From positions 896,001 through 960,000 of the forward strand of contig CBDCTH010000012.1 of the NCBI GenBank assembly GCA_965222155.1: a DNA stretch of 64,000 nt. The letters are read 5' to 3'. Source of the stretch: Gammaproteobacteria bacterium. Lineage in GTDB: Bacteria; Pseudomonadota; Gammaproteobacteria; Eutrophobiales; Eutrophobiaceae. The notes under the pieces were generated by a model that was given only the letters and a program-made list of their open reading frames with translations, made no database searches and was not told the origin of the DNA. Both the position numbers and the translations under genes were made by a program. Every line of letters begins with the position of its first letter. Position 1 is the stretch's first letter. This document shows, one piece after another, positions 10,307-20,625 of this stretch.

Positions 10307-12979
10307 TTATGCGGCCAGCTCCCGCAATACGTAGTGTAAAATGCCGCCGTTGTTGTAGTACTCCCATTCCTTCGGCGTGTCCACCCGGACCAGGGCAGCG
10401 AATTCCGTCGTGGCGCCGTCGTCAGCGACAGCGCTGACCCCGACTTCCCTGGCACCGGTCTCCAGGCCGTGGATGGAATAGGTTTCCCGCCCCGTCAAAC
10501 CGAGTTTATCGGTATTTTCACCGGGCTTGAACACCAGGGGCAGCACCCCCATGCCGACCAGGTTGGAACGGTGTATGCGCTCAAAGCTGACTGCAATCAC
10601 CGCGCGCACGCCAAGCAGCCTGGCGCCTTTTGCCGCCCAGTCCCGGGATGAACCGGTGCCGTATTCACTGCCTGCCAGGACGATCAAGGGCACGTCTTCC
10701 TCCTTGTACCTCATCGCCGCCGCGTAAATCGACATCTGTTCAGCGGAAGGCTGGTGTATGGTCCATCCCCCTTCAGTTCCCGGCGCCAGTTGATTGCGCA
10801 AACGGATATTGGCAAAGGTGCCGCGCATCATCACCTCGTGGTTGCCGCGCCGGGAGCCGTATGAGTTGAAATCCACCGGCTTTACCCCTTTATCGATCAG
10901 GTACCTGCCCGCCGGCGTGTCGGCCTTGATGGCGCCGGCAGGGGAGATGTGATCGGTGGTGATGCTGTCGCCCAGCTTTACCAGTATTCTTGCGCCCTGT
11001 ATCGGTTCAAGCGCGTCTGGCGTGGCGCTCATGCCCTCAAAATAAGGAGGGTTCTGTACGTAAGTGGAGTCGTTGCTCCATTGATAGCGGTTGCTCTCCG
11101 GGACGTTGATGCCGGTCCAGTTGGCATCACCGGTAAAGGCTTGCCGGTATGAATTACGGAACATGTCCGAATCGACCGATGCGGCGATGACGCCATTGAT
11201 CTCGGCCTGGCTGGGCCAGATATCCTTCAGGTAGACGGCGTTGCCGTCGGCGTCGCGGCCCAGGGGGTCATTCTGCAGGTCGATATCCATCGTTCCGGCT
11301 ATTGCATAGGCGACCACCAGCGGCGGCGAGGCCAGGAAATTCATTTTGACTTCTGCATGAACCCGGCCTTCAAAGTTGCGGTTGCCGGATAATACCGCAG
11401 TAGCGACCAGATCACCTTGCGCAATCCCCCGACTTACCTCCTCGGGCAAGGGGCCGGAATTGCCGATACAGGTGGTGCAACCGTAGCCGACGATATTGAA
11501 TCCCAGGTTGTCGAGATCAGCCGTGAGCCCGGCCCGGTTCAGGTAGTCGCGCACTACCAGGGAGCCCGGCGCCAGGCTGGTCTTTACCCAGGGTTTGACC
11601 GCCAGCCCACGCGCGCCGGCTTTTTTTGCGACCAGCCCGGCGCCGACCATTACCGAGGGGTTTGACGTATTGGTGCAAGAGGTGATGGCCGCAATGACTA
11701 CCGCACCGTCTTTCAAATCGTAATGGTCACCCAGCGGCGTTTCCACCCGGGCAACCCCGCCACCGTCCCGACCCCTGGTAGCGTCCGCCAGGTGCCCGCG
11801 GAAACTGTCTTTGGCATGCGCCAGAGGGATCCGGTCCTGGGGCCGTTTCGGCCCTGCCAGGCTGGGCGTTACCGTGCCGATATCAAGACTCAGGGTGGCG
11901 GAATAATCGGCTTCCGGCGTCCCGGTGTCACGCCACATCCCCTGCGCCCTTGCGTAAGCCTCGACCAGTTCAACCTGCTCATTATCCCGGCCTGACAGGC
12001 GCAGGTAATTGACGGTTTCCCGGTCAATGGGGAAGATGCCGCAGGTCGCGCCGTATTCCGGCGCCATGTTGGCGATGGTCGCCCGGTCGGCCAGCGACAG
12101 GTTGTCCAGGCCGTCTCCGTAAAATTCGACGAACTTGCCCACCACGCCGTGTTTCCTGAGCATTTCAACCACGGTCAGGACCAGGTCCGTGGCCGTAGCG
12201 CCCTCAGGCAGCGCGCCGCTGAGTTTGAAACCGACCACTTCGGGGATCAGCATGGTGATAGGTTGTCCCAGCATTGCCGCTTCCGCCTCAATACCGCCCA
12301 CGCCCCAGCCGAGTACGCCCAGGCCGTTGATCATCGTGGTATGGGAATCGGTGCCGACCACGGTATCGGGATAGGCTTCGACCACGCCGTCAACCTCCCT
12401 GGTGAACACCGTCCTGGCCAGGTATTCCAGGTTGACCTGGTGCACAATGCCGGTGTCCGGCGGCACCACCTTGAAATTGGAGAACGCCTGTTGTCCCCAG
12501 CGCAGGAACTCATAGCGTTCCCGGTTGCGTTTGAATTCAATGACCGCGTTTCGTTGCGCCGCATCCGCCGTGCCGAAGACGTCCACCATCACTGAATGAT
12601 CAATGACGAGTTCAGCCGGCGACAGCGGATTGATCTTTTCCGGGTCGCCGCCCAGTGATTGCATGGCGTCGCGCATGGCGGCGAGATCAACCACAGCCGG
12701 GACGCCGGTAAAGTCCTGCATCAATACCCGGGCCGGGGTAAAGGAGATCTCCTGTTCCGGCTTTGCCTTCGCATCCCAATCGGCCAGGGCAGTGATGTCG
12801 GCGCGGGTGATATTGACCCCGTCCTCGTGGCGTAACAGGTTCTCCAGCAGGATTTTCAGGGAATAGGGCAGGCGGCTGATGTCTTGCCTCCCGTCCGGCG
12901 CCTGTAGTGAATAAATCCGGTATTCCTTGTTATTTACCGTAATGGTTTTTAGTTTATCGTCAGTCATGCCTTGCTCCAT
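10307..12979 (-). CDS. acnA: Aconitate hydratase A
   Basis: [36 protein letters not shown] and [10 protein letters not shown]. Confidence 0.97.
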   Translation of the reverse strand: MEQGMTDDKLKTITVNNKEYRIYSLQAPDGRQDISRLPYSLKILLENLLRHEDGVNITRADITALADWDAKAKPEQEISFTPARVLMQDFTGVPAVVDLAAMRDAMQSLGGDPEKINPLSPAELVIDHSVMVDVFGTADAAQRNAVIEFKRNRERYEFLRWGQQAFSNFKVVPPDTGIVHQVNLEYLARTVFTREVDGVVEAYPDTVVGTDSHTTMINGLGVLGWGVGGIEAEAAMLGQPITMLIPEVVGFKLSGALPEGATATDLVLTVVEMLRKHGVVGKFVEFYGDGLDNLSLADRATIANMAPEYGATCGIFPIDRETVNYLRLSGRDNEQVELVEAYARAQGMWRDTGTPEADYSATLSLDIGTVTPSLAGPKRPQDRIPLAHAKDSFRGHLADATRGRDGGGVARVETPLGDHYDLKDGAVVIAAITSCTNTSNPSVMVGAGLVAKKAGARGLAVKPWVKTSLAPGSLVVRDYLNRAGLTADLDNLGFNIVGYGCTTCIGNSGPLPEEVSRGIAQGDLVATAVLSGNRNFEGRVHAEVKMNFLASPPLVVAYAIAGTMDIDLQNDPLGRDADGNAVYLKDIWPSQAEINGVIAASVDSDMFRNSYRQAFTGDANWTGINVPESNRYQWSNDSTYVQNPPYFEGMSATPDALEPIQGARILVKLGDSITTDHISPAGAIKADTPAGRYLIDKGVKPVDFNSYGSRRGNHEVMMRGTFANIRLRNQLAPGTEGGWTIHQPSAEQMSIYAAAMRYKEEDVPLIVLAGSEYGTGSSRDWAAKGARLLGVRAVIAVSFERIHRSNLVGMGVLPLVFKPGENTDKLGLTGRETYSIHGLETGAREVGVSAVADDGATTEFAALVRVDTPKEWEYYNNGGILHYVLRELAA

Positions 12980-12990
12980 ACAGCGGTTCT

Positions 12991-13647
12991 CTAGGATACG
13001 GTCTCGCGCCGGATAGTGGCCTTGATGATCTCCAGTTTCTCGACAGTCCGGCCGCTGTTGTTGCCGCGTTCTTCCAGGGCCTTCAGCGTTTCCTGACCGG
13101 CTACCAGTTCCCCGAAGATTGTGTGCTTGCCATCCAGGTATTGAGTAGGCACAAAGGTTATAAAGAACTGGCTGCCGTCCGTTCCGGGCCCGGCATTCGC
13201 CATGCTCAGCAGTCCAGGGCGATCGTGGGACAGGCCCGCGGGAAACTCGCCCTCATAACGATAGCCGGGACCACCCCGTCCGGTGCCGGTGGGATCGCCG
13301 CCCTGCGCCATGAATCCGGGGATGACCCGGTGCAACAGCACCTCATCATAAAACCCCAGCTCGGTGAGGTATATCGTACTGCTCACATGCATGGGCGTGC
13401 TCTCGTGGAACAGCAGGAAGCTCATATTGCCTACGTTGGTTTCCATCTCCCAGTAGTATTTCTCGCCGGGTTTAAAGTCCATAACCCCGGGCTTGTCAAG
13501 TTGCTGTTTCCAGTTCGGATTGCTCTTATCCACATCCGCCGCCTGCACCCGGAATGCCTCGCCATCCGCGACCTTCGCCTCCTGATAACAGGCCGATAAA
13601 ACCCCGGGGGCAACGAAAAATAACCAAAACTTTTGTGCTTTCAACAT
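12991..13647 (-). CDS. Cyclophilin-type peptidyl-prolyl isomerase (probable lipoprotein)
   Basis: [24 protein letters not shown] and GSQFFIT; lipobox-like LSAC. Confidence 0.9.
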   Translation of the reverse strand: MLKAQKFWLFFVAPGVLSACYQEAKVADGEAFRVQAADVDKSNPNWKQQLDKPGVMDFKPGEKYYWEMETNVGNMSFLLFHESTPMHVSSTIYLTELGFYDEVLLHRVIPGFMAQGGDPTGTGRGGPGYRYEGEFPAGLSHDRPGLLSMANAGPGTDGSQFFITFVPTQYLDGKHTIFGELVAGQETLKALEERGNNSGRTVEKLEIIKATIRRETVS

Positions 13648-13811
13648 TACATTTCCTCTGTCAGTCTGATTTGAGTACCGACATTCTACAATGGAAAAAC
13701 TGCTTGTAACCTTTTTATGTTGGAAAACACCAGGAAAACACAGTATGCGTTACAGCTACGGACAGCAATGTTCCTGACAACAGGGGCATCTCAAAGTCAG
13801 TAGACACCCTC

Positions 13812-14215
13812 CGTACCATTCCCGCACACGCGGCTAACAATGCTGAGAAAAAGAGAAAAAGGGGGACAGACCCCGTTTTAGCCCATTGTCGTCATTCCGG
13901 AGAATGCCGAGTAGTGGCACATAGCCTGCCCCTGCATGCTGTAAGCAGGGGGATGTGCCGTTTACGGACCTAAGGATGGAAATCCAGTGAAACAATGAGT
14001 CGCCGGAGCCTGCCCCGGCATGTCGTAAGCCAGGGGCGACACAGTATAAGACTGGATACCGGGACAAGCCCGACGCCAGGGCGGAAATGGCGCGCTACAT
14101 CCCCAAGCGACACAGTATAAGACTGGATACCGGGACAAGCCCGGTATGACGACATTTTGCCCGGTATGACGACGTGGGGCGGCGCCGAAAAAACGGGGTT
14201 TGTCCCCCATTTTCA
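13812..14215. repeat. Mosaic of REP-like palindromic repeats
   Basis: Segment 13912-13987 recurs inverted at about 53173-53290; 37-bp direct repeat at 14036-14072 and 14107-14143; GTCATTCCGG..GCCG and CCCGGTATGAC units. Confidence 0.7.
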
Positions 14216-14351
14216 CATTTCCCCCACTTCCCCCATTTCCATTTGGGTTTAAACACTTTCCCTTTTATGTTACGCTGATACATCCCTCTTATGGACGGGC
14301 TTGGGCCGGATTTAAATCTATCCCCCGTTATATCTTTTTTGAGAATGTGCA

Positions 14352-14870
14352 GTGTCTGACAGAGAATTTAAACCACTGAATATCGCCGTATTGGTCATAT
14401 CCGATTCACGGACGGAAAAAACCGATAAGTCGGGGAAACTCCTGACTCGCAGACTGGAGGAGGCCGGCCACCGGCTTCATGAAAGGAGTATCGTGCCGGA
14501 TGATATCTATCGGATCCGCGCGACGGTTTCCGGCTGGTGCGCCACAGAAAATGTGGATGCAATCCTGACTACGGGTGGGACGGGAGTAACCGGCCGGGAC
14601 GGCACACCCGAGGCCGTTTCGATCTTGTTTGATAAGGAAATAGAGGGCTTCGGGGAGCTGTTCCGATATTTGTCCTACCAGGAGATAGCTACTTCCTCAT
14701 TGCAATCACGCGCTGTTGCAGGGGTAGCCGGCGGCACGTATATTTTTTGCCTGCCGGGTTCAGCGGGCGCCTGCGCCACCGCCTGGGACAAGATAATTTC
14801 ACACCAGTTGGATTACCGGACCCGGCCTTGTAACCTGGTTGAACTGATGCCCAGACTGATGGAATACTGA
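14352..14870 (+). CDS. moaB: Molybdenum cofactor biosynthesis protein B
   Basis: TTGGTGVTGRDGTPEA, FCLPGS and C-terminal RPCNLVE. Confidence 0.92.
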   Translation: MSDREFKPLNIAVLVISDSRTEKTDKSGKLLTRRLEEAGHRLHERSIVPDDIYRIRATVSGWCATENVDAILTTGGTGVTGRDGTPEAVSILFDKEIEGFGELFRYLSYQEIATSSLQSRAVAGVAGGTYIFCLPGSAGACATAWDKIISHQLDYRTRPCNLVELMPRLMEY

Positions 14871-15853
14871 TGTTCGGGAGAATATTGACAGGCTTATCTA
14901 TCCGGGTTGCTTTTATCCTGGTATGCGCATTCAGTTTCATGCCGGTCCGGGCGACTGTTTCCTATACGCTGATGGAGCCTGATGCTTCACTGATAGGCGC
15001 GGTGGAGAAAGTCTATGCCGAAAACAAGGACACTCTCCCTGATATAGCCAGGGCCAACGGGCTTGGTTACCAGGAGATCAAGCTGGCCAATCCCGGCGTG
15101 GATACCTGGTTGCCGGGGCAGGGCACGGAAGTTGTGCTGCCGACCCTGTTTGTTTTGCCGGTTACCCCCCATGTCGGCATCGTGCTGAATATTCCCGAGA
15201 TGCGCCTTTACTATTTTCCTCCGCAGGATTCGGACCAGGCTGCGGAGGTTATTACCCATCCAATCGGAGTGGGCCGTCAAGGCTGGTCAACACCTTATAT
15301 GAATACCCGGATCATCCAGAAGAAAACCCGGCCTTACTGGCATCCGCCGGAATCCATCCGCAAGGAACATGCCGAACAAGGGGATCCGTTACCTAAGCGG
15401 GTGCCGCCGGGGCCGAACAACCCGTTGGGCAACTATGCAATGAGGCTGGGAATGCCCGAGTATATTATCCATGGCACCAATAAGCCGTTCGGTATAGGGA
15501 TGCGGGTCAGCCACGGTTGTATCCGGTTGTATCCTGAAGACATCAAGAGCCTGTACCAGCAGGTCGAATTGCGCACGCCTGTCCGCATCGTCAACCAGCC
15601 CTATAAGGTAGGTAGATATAACGACAAAATTTACCTGGAAGCCCATCCTTTTATGGAGGAGGACGCGGAGCAGTTCGAAGGTAATCTGACCAGTGTTGTT
15701 GAAATGCTGATAAAAATAACCGGAGACATGGGATACCATGTGGATTGGGGTCTGGCGCATTCAGTCATAGCCGAGAGTAACGGCATCCCGGTTGAAATCG
15801 GTCGGCTTATCAGAACAGAACAGCAGGATGGCGTGGAGAAACCGGAATTTTAG
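14870..15853 (+). CDS. L,D-transpeptidase (ErfK/YbiS/YcfS/YnhG family)
   Basis: LysM-like N-terminal part, PGPNNPLG and catalytic IHGTN..SHGCIRL. Confidence 0.92.
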   Translation: MFGRILTGLSIRVAFILVCAFSFMPVRATVSYTLMEPDASLIGAVEKVYAENKDTLPDIARANGLGYQEIKLANPGVDTWLPGQGTEVVLPTLFVLPVTPHVGIVLNIPEMRLYYFPPQDSDQAAEVITHPIGVGRQGWSTPYMNTRIIQKKTRPYWHPPESIRKEHAEQGDPLPKRVPPGPNNPLGNYAMRLGMPEYIIHGTNKPFGIGMRVSHGCIRLYPEDIKSLYQQVELRTPVRIVNQPYKVGRYNDKIYLEAHPFMEEDAEQFEGNLTSVVEMLIKITGDMGYHVDWGLAHSVIAESNGIPVEIGRLIRTEQQDGVEKPEF

Positions 15854-15985
15854 GGAAACCTACCCCTCCGCACGACAATCAGTATCGTCGCGCAGTCTTT
15901 GATGGTGCCTCTTCCCGGCGCGCTACGGTTACGCAGCGCACCGGTCGGAAAGTAGTTGATTTAAGCGGTCAGACTGGAATGACGC

Positions 15986-16276
15986 TTATTTCTGCATCGC
16001 TTTTTCAAACATGCGATCCAGCTTGCTTGAGTTTTCATTGCAACATGCGTTTGCTGCATCAGCCGCGGATTGGGCTGCTTTGGCTGCATCCATTGCCTGA
16101 TTAGCTGCTGACATGGCGCTATCGGCCGCAGACACTGCAGAAGCCGCACTATTCGCTACGGATTGAGCATTCTCTGCAATTGCCCTGACCTCATTAAGCT
16201 GCTCAACTGTAGCACAACCGCCCAGTATCATTAATACGGCAGCAAAAAATGTGACTTTGACTAAGGTTCTCTTCAT
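15986..16276 (-). CDS. Alanine-zipper lipoprotein (Lpp/OprI-like)
   Basis: Signal peptide MKRTLVK..LGGC, Ala-rich coiled coil and C-terminal RMFEKAMQK; start set at ATG 16276 behind GGAG. Confidence 0.8.
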   Translation of the reverse strand: MKRTLVKVTFFAAVLMILGGCATVEQLNEVRAIAENAQSVANSAASAVSAADSAMSAANQAMDAAKAAQSAADAANACCNENSSKLDRMFEKAMQK

Positions 16277-16474
16277 ATTTTCTTCTCCAGTTTGCCCGGT
16301 TACAGGGATTGTAAGCAATTCAAGTCCGCCAATAATGACGCATTTTTCCGACAGAATCAATCCGCAGATAATTATCTTTTACATCAAACCCCAAATATAA
16401 CACCTAACACTAAATAATACAGAAATAATCAGCAGTAATTCCGCCCGTCAAGCCCGGCGCCTATGCCGTCCTGC

Positions 16475-16840
16475 TCAACGACCCGGGCTGCCTGGTGGGG
16501 TGCGGTAGCGTGTAGCATATTGGCTGTCGATAAACTCAAGCAAAGACCGCTCAATCCCGCTCATTTGATTCGGTTCACAATAATCATCCAGCCAGGTCAT
16601 GATCTCATCCAGCGTCATACTTCCTGAAATGCTGTAGGTTTCCGGTGTCATGGCGTTAAATGCGGTTAAATATCCCATGATGAAATATTTATATGCTTCG
16701 TCCTCACCTGCAGAACGATCTTTCATATAGCGGAAACAGGACTTCTGGCCTTTCCCCCAGATTGCATAGTTACCCGATGGATCGACAGCCTGGGCTTGCA
16801 GCGACAGGACGATTATTAATACGCAGACAAAAATCCTCAT
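16475..16840 (-). CDS. Hypothetical secreted protein
   Basis: Signal peptide ending AQA, two Cys, GYLTAFN and WLDDYC motifs; GAGG RBS. Confidence 0.65.
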   Translation of the reverse strand: MRIFVCVLIIVLSLQAQAVDPSGNYAIWGKGQKSCFRYMKDRSAGEDEAYKYFIMGYLTAFNAMTPETYSISGSMTLDEIMTWLDDYCEPNQMSGIERSLLEFIDSQYATRYRTPPGSPGR

Positions 16841-16922
16841 TAAACATTCCTCGATTAGTTCTCAGTGGCAGGAAATACTGACAATGGTGCGCCCTCAACT
16901 GACTGTGGGTATGGAATAAACC

Positions 16923-17495
16923 TTATTGATCGTAGAACGGCATTATGCGGCCGGAAAACTGTGATTTCAAAAATTCCATCTGGTCGACCAGTATTTTTCT
17001 GTTCGACAAGGCGAGATACTCGGCCCAGTTCGGTACATACGGCACTGCCAGCAGCGGCATCCCGGCTTCTTCAGGACTCCTGTTGCCCTTGCGGGTATTG
17101 CATGAGCGGCAGGCAGTGACCACATTTGACCAGCGGTCAGCGCCCCCGCGCGACATGGGTATGACATGATCCCGGGTTAATGCCATGCCCTTATGATGGT
17201 TGCCGCAATACATGCAGATGCGCGCATCACGCAGAAACAGTTCGCGGTTGGTCAATGGCGGAACGGTTCGATAAATGTACTTATGATTCCTGGAACGTTT
17301 GACCGCGATAATGGAATTAATCGAGACAGTGGAACGTAAGCCACTCATTTTATTAACGCCGCCATGGAACGTAAAGGTTTCATTACCCGCGGTCCAGCCC
17401 ACCATATCACGGCAATAAAGACTCACCGCGTCCTGCCAGGGGAGCCAGGTAACCGGTGTCCCGGATATATCAAGTCGCAAGATCAGTGGTTTCAT
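16923..17495 (-). CDS. HNH endonuclease family protein
   Basis: RD..CMYCG, TRDHVIP.SRGG and NVVTAC..CN.RKG. Confidence 0.9.
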   Translation of the reverse strand: MKPLILRLDISGTPVTWLPWQDAVSLYCRDMVGWTAGNETFTFHGGVNKMSGLRSTVSINSIIAVKRSRNHKYIYRTVPPLTNRELFLRDARICMYCGNHHKGMALTRDHVIPMSRGGADRWSNVVTACRSCNTRKGNRSPEEAGMPLLAVPYVPNWAEYLALSNRKILVDQMEFLKSQFSGRIMPFYDQ

Positions 17496-17633
17496 GTGTT
17501 AATCTGATATTCTGATGCCAGGCCGCATCTCGGCAGGCCCGGCACGGCGCCATATTTTCCGTCTGGAATTACAACAACCAAAAAGTAACATAAAATTAAG
17601 ATATTACAAGCCATTTATTACAGGAAATGTGAT

Positions 17634-18398
17634 ATGAAGTCCATACAAGAGCTGGTAGATATAATGGCGGCATTACGTGACCCGAAGACGGGATGCCCCT
17701 GGGACAGGCAACAGACGAAGGAGACAATCATTCCGTATACGCTGGAAGAGATATACGAATTGGTTGATGCGGTGGAGCGAAACAACATGGAAGAAATCAA
17801 GGATGAACTGGGAGATTTACTGTTCCATGTTATCTTTTATTCGCAAATGGCGTCAGAAACCGGCAGTTTCGATTTAACGGACGTAGTCGGCGGCGTCTGT
17901 GACAAGCTGAAGAGGCGCCACCCCCACGTATTCGCCGGGCAGCAGGCGGACACGATAGAGGACGTCAAGAACAACTGGGAAAAAATCAAACGGGAGGAAC
18001 GCGCGGGAGATTATCTTGACAATATCACCAGGGCACTGCCGGCAATGCTGCGTGCGGAGAAATTACAAAAACGCGCAGCCCAGGTCGGCTTCGACTGGGA
18101 TGAACCGGCACCGGTACTGGCCAAAGTTGAAGAGGAAGTCAATGAACTGAAACAGGCAATGGACCAGCCGCAACACCACACCCGGCTACAAGATGAAGTA
18201 GGCGATTTATTCTTCGCGGCCATCAACCTGGCCAGACACCTGGACATCAACCCCGAAACAGCCTTGCGCGAGGCCAATAATAAATTCGAACAACGGTTCC
18301 GCTTCATCCAAACTACACTTGAACAAGAAGGGCAGGACCTGGAAACCGCGTCAATGGAGAGAATGGAAGAGCTGTGGGAACGGGCTAAAAATCAGTAA
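17634..18398 (+). CDS. mazG: Nucleoside triphosphate pyrophosphohydrolase MazG
   Basis: LRDP..GCPWD, EE.YE, DELGDLL, RRHPHVF and a second MazG domain EVGDL. Confidence 0.95.
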   Translation: MKSIQELVDIMAALRDPKTGCPWDRQQTKETIIPYTLEEIYELVDAVERNNMEEIKDELGDLLFHVIFYSQMASETGSFDLTDVVGGVCDKLKRRHPHVFAGQQADTIEDVKNNWEKIKREERAGDYLDNITRALPAMLRAEKLQKRAAQVGFDWDEPAPVLAKVEEEVNELKQAMDQPQHHTRLQDEVGDLFFAAINLARHLDINPETALREANNKFEQRFRFIQTTLEQEGQDLETASMERMEELWERAKNQ

Positions 18399-18563
18399 AA
18401 GAGGAAGGATTCATATAGCCACAGAGGTCACAGAGAACACAGAGTAGAGTTAAGAAAGCTGAGAACCCCGACAGGTCTGGATAGGCTGTTGATGTGCGCC
18501 TTCCTTGGCGCCCGCCCTGCGGGCGCCCGATGGGCGTCCAAGTCTGCCCCTAGGGCTCTGACA

Positions 18564-18662
18564 GGTTTGGATAGGTTTTTCAAGACTATCATCCGCAGGG
18601 ACAGCGGATGGTAAGCGTACAGGGACGTATTCACAGCGAGTCTTGAAAAACCTATCCAAACC
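18564..18662. repeat. Perfect 24-bp inverted-repeat element between convergent mazG and ispA
   Basis: GGTTTGGATAGGTTTTTCAAGACT (18564-18587) and its exact reverse complement (18639-18662). Confidence 0.8.
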
Positions 18663-18701
18663 TTTTCGGACCCATCCAGACCCCTCCGGACCGGTCCAAA
18701 A

Positions 18702-19610
18702 CTAGCTATTCCTCTCTACAATGTAACGCGCTATCCGGCGCAGCATCCCAGCTTCGTCACCAAAATCCGACAGGCAGTTGAGGGCATCCTCCAGTAACTC
18801 CTGCGCCGCCTGTTTCGCACCCTCCAGGCCCAGCAGGTTCGGATAAGTCGCTTTATTCTTTTCCATGTCGGAGCCCTGGGGTTTACCCAGCGTTTCGGTA
18901 TCGCCCACGATGTCAAGCACATCGTCGTGAATTTGAAAAGCCAGGCCGATGCAGTCCGCGTAGCGCGAGACATTATGAAACTGATCCTCGTCAACCCGGT
19001 CGGAGCAAAGCGCGCCCAGCTCAACGCTAGCCCTGATCAGCGCACCGGTCTTACGCGAGTGCATGGTTTGCAGTTGTTCCAGGCTGAGCGCCTTGTCCTC
19101 AGCTTCCAGGTCGATAGTCTGACCTCCCGTCATGCCGCCGGGGCCGCTGGCCAGCGCCAGGGTGTCGATCATTTTCAGGCGCTGTTCGGCAGGGACCGAA
19201 ATCCCCGTGTCCTGCGCCAGAACCTGGAAAGCCAGGGCCTGCAATGAATCACCGGCCAGGATGGCGGTGGCTTCATTATAGGCCTTGTGGCAAGTGAGTC
19301 GGCCGCGCCGTAAATCATCGTCGTCCATAGCCGGCAGGTCGTCATGGATGAGTGAATAAGTATGGATCATTTCCACTGCACAGGCACAGCCGTCCAATGC
19401 CGCCGGCCTGACGTTGAACGCCTCGCCGCTGGCGTAGACCAGAACCGGCCTGATACGCTTGCCGCCGCCAAAAATCGAATAACGAACGGCTTCGTTTAAC
19501 GATTCCGGTATTTCCGTGACCGGCGGTAACCAGAAGTCCAGGGCGGCTTCCACCCGGGCCTGGTAGTCCGCCAGCCGTTCAGCGAAGTAATTGTCGTGGA
19601 CAGATTTCAA
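18702..19610 (-). CDS. ispA: Farnesyl diphosphate synthase
   Basis: GGKRIRP, SLIHDDLPAMDDDDLRRG and FQIHDDVLD; adjacent to xseB. Confidence 0.93.
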   Translation of the reverse strand: MKSVHDNYFAERLADYQARVEAALDFWLPPVTEIPESLNEAVRYSIFGGGKRIRPVLVYASGEAFNVRPAALDGCACAVEMIHTYSLIHDDLPAMDDDDLRRGRLTCHKAYNEATAILAGDSLQALAFQVLAQDTGISVPAEQRLKMIDTLALASGPGGMTGGQTIDLEAEDKALSLEQLQTMHSRKTGALIRASVELGALCSDRVDEDQFHNVSRYADCIGLAFQIHDDVLDIVGDTETLGKPQGSDMEKNKATYPNLLGLEGAKQAAQELLEDALNCLSDFGDEAGMLRRIARYIVERNS

Positions 19611-19622
19611 ATCTGTCCCCTG

Positions 19623-19871
19623 TCATGCCTCATCCGCACGCGCTGCTTCAAATTCTGTCAGCTCACCCGACTCATTGTTCAGGGTCAGAATTCGTACTTT
19701 CTGTTCCGCAGCCGCCAGGGCTTTTTGGCAGGCACGGGTCAGGGATACCCCCCGTTCGAATTGTTTCAGGGATTCTTCCAGGGTGAGCTCACCTTTTTCC
19801 ATGGTCTCAACAAGCTGTTCCAGTTCAGCCAGTGATTTCTCAAAATCTATTTCGGAGTTTTTTTCAGACAC
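19623..19871 (-). CDS. xseB: Exodeoxyribonuclease VII small subunit
   Basis: [32 protein letters not shown]; GTG start at 19871 behind AGGAG. Confidence 0.92.
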   Translation of the reverse strand: MSEKNSEIDFEKSLAELEQLVETMEKGELTLEESLKQFERGVSLTRACQKALAAAEQKVRILTLNNESGELTEFEAARADEA

Positions 19872-19991
19872 AAGCTTGTCTCCTGACGGTGATGGTTCAA
19901 ATTGTATCAATAACTCAAGGATTTACATACATTATAAGTAGAACCTATATTCACGATTAAAAAATACAATAACCCTGCTTGAGTTATCAGG

Positions 19992-20020
19992 TTGACACTA
20001 TTGACTGAGTCAGCTAAATT
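19992..20020 (+). promoter_or_regulatory. Sigma70-like promoter of the rubrerythrin cluster
   Basis: TTGACA-17 nt-TAAATT, with the palindrome TGACTGAGTCA inside the spacer. Confidence 0.5.
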
Positions 20021-20088
20021 CAGAAGTACGTTGCGACTGTTTAGTAATAATTAAGCCATAAAAGATCAATTGATTAGGAGGAAGTCCG

Positions 20089-20508
20089 ATGAGTTTGAAA
20101 GGTACCAGAACCGAAGATAACCTGAAAGCAGCGTTTGCCGGGGAATCACAGGCCAATCGCCGTTATTTATATTTTGCCCAGAAAGCGGACGTGGAGGGCT
20201 TTAACGATGTCTCTGCAGTATTTCGTTCAACTGCCGAAGGTGAGACCGGCCATGCCCACGGCCACCTGGAATATCTTGAAGAGGTGGGCGATCCGGCAAC
20301 AGGTGAGCCAATCGGCTCAACCGAAAACAACCTGAAAGCGGCCATTGCCGGTGAAACTTATGAATACACGGATATGTACCCGGGTATGGCGAAGACTGCG
20401 CGGGACGAGAGCCTGGATGAAATCGCCGACTGGTTTGAAACCCTTGCCAAGGCTGAGCGTTCTCACGCCAACCGTTTTCAAAAGGCGCTGGACAACCTTG
20501 ACGCCTGA
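20089..20508 (+). CDS. Short (aerobic-type) rubrerythrin
   Basis: [30 protein letters not shown] and AERSHA; no rubredoxin domain. Confidence 0.92.
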   Translation: MSLKGTRTEDNLKAAFAGESQANRRYLYFAQKADVEGFNDVSAVFRSTAEGETGHAHGHLEYLEEVGDPATGEPIGSTENNLKAAIAGETYEYTDMYPGMAKTARDESLDEIADWFETLAKAERSHANRFQKALDNLDA

Positions 20509-20577
20509 TTTTACCGACCCCGAAAGGGCAAAGTATAGGGGTGTGCTTTGTAAATCTATTCCAGACAGATTTGTCAG

Positions 20578-20605
20578 GAGCCGGGTTCTTGCCCGGCTCT
20601 TTTTT
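20578..20605 (+). terminator. Rho-independent terminator after rubrerythrin
   Basis: Stem GAGCCGGG/CCCGGCTC followed by TTTTTT. Confidence 0.7.
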
Positions 20606-20625
20606 AGGTCGAGCGGAAAAATCGT

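Noticed and set aside
14036-14143. Two identical 37-bp repeats separated by 34 bp, resembling a mini CRISPR
   Set aside because: Only two copies, no cas genes or leader, and the repeat is part of a REP-like arm (CTGGATACCGGGACAAGCCCGGTATGAC).
20509-20577. Possible structured ncRNA after rubrerythrin
   Set aside because: Only a short CCCGAAAGGG hairpin plus a module similar to dispersed repeats (about 36656-36683, 45798-45825); no known RNA family recognised.
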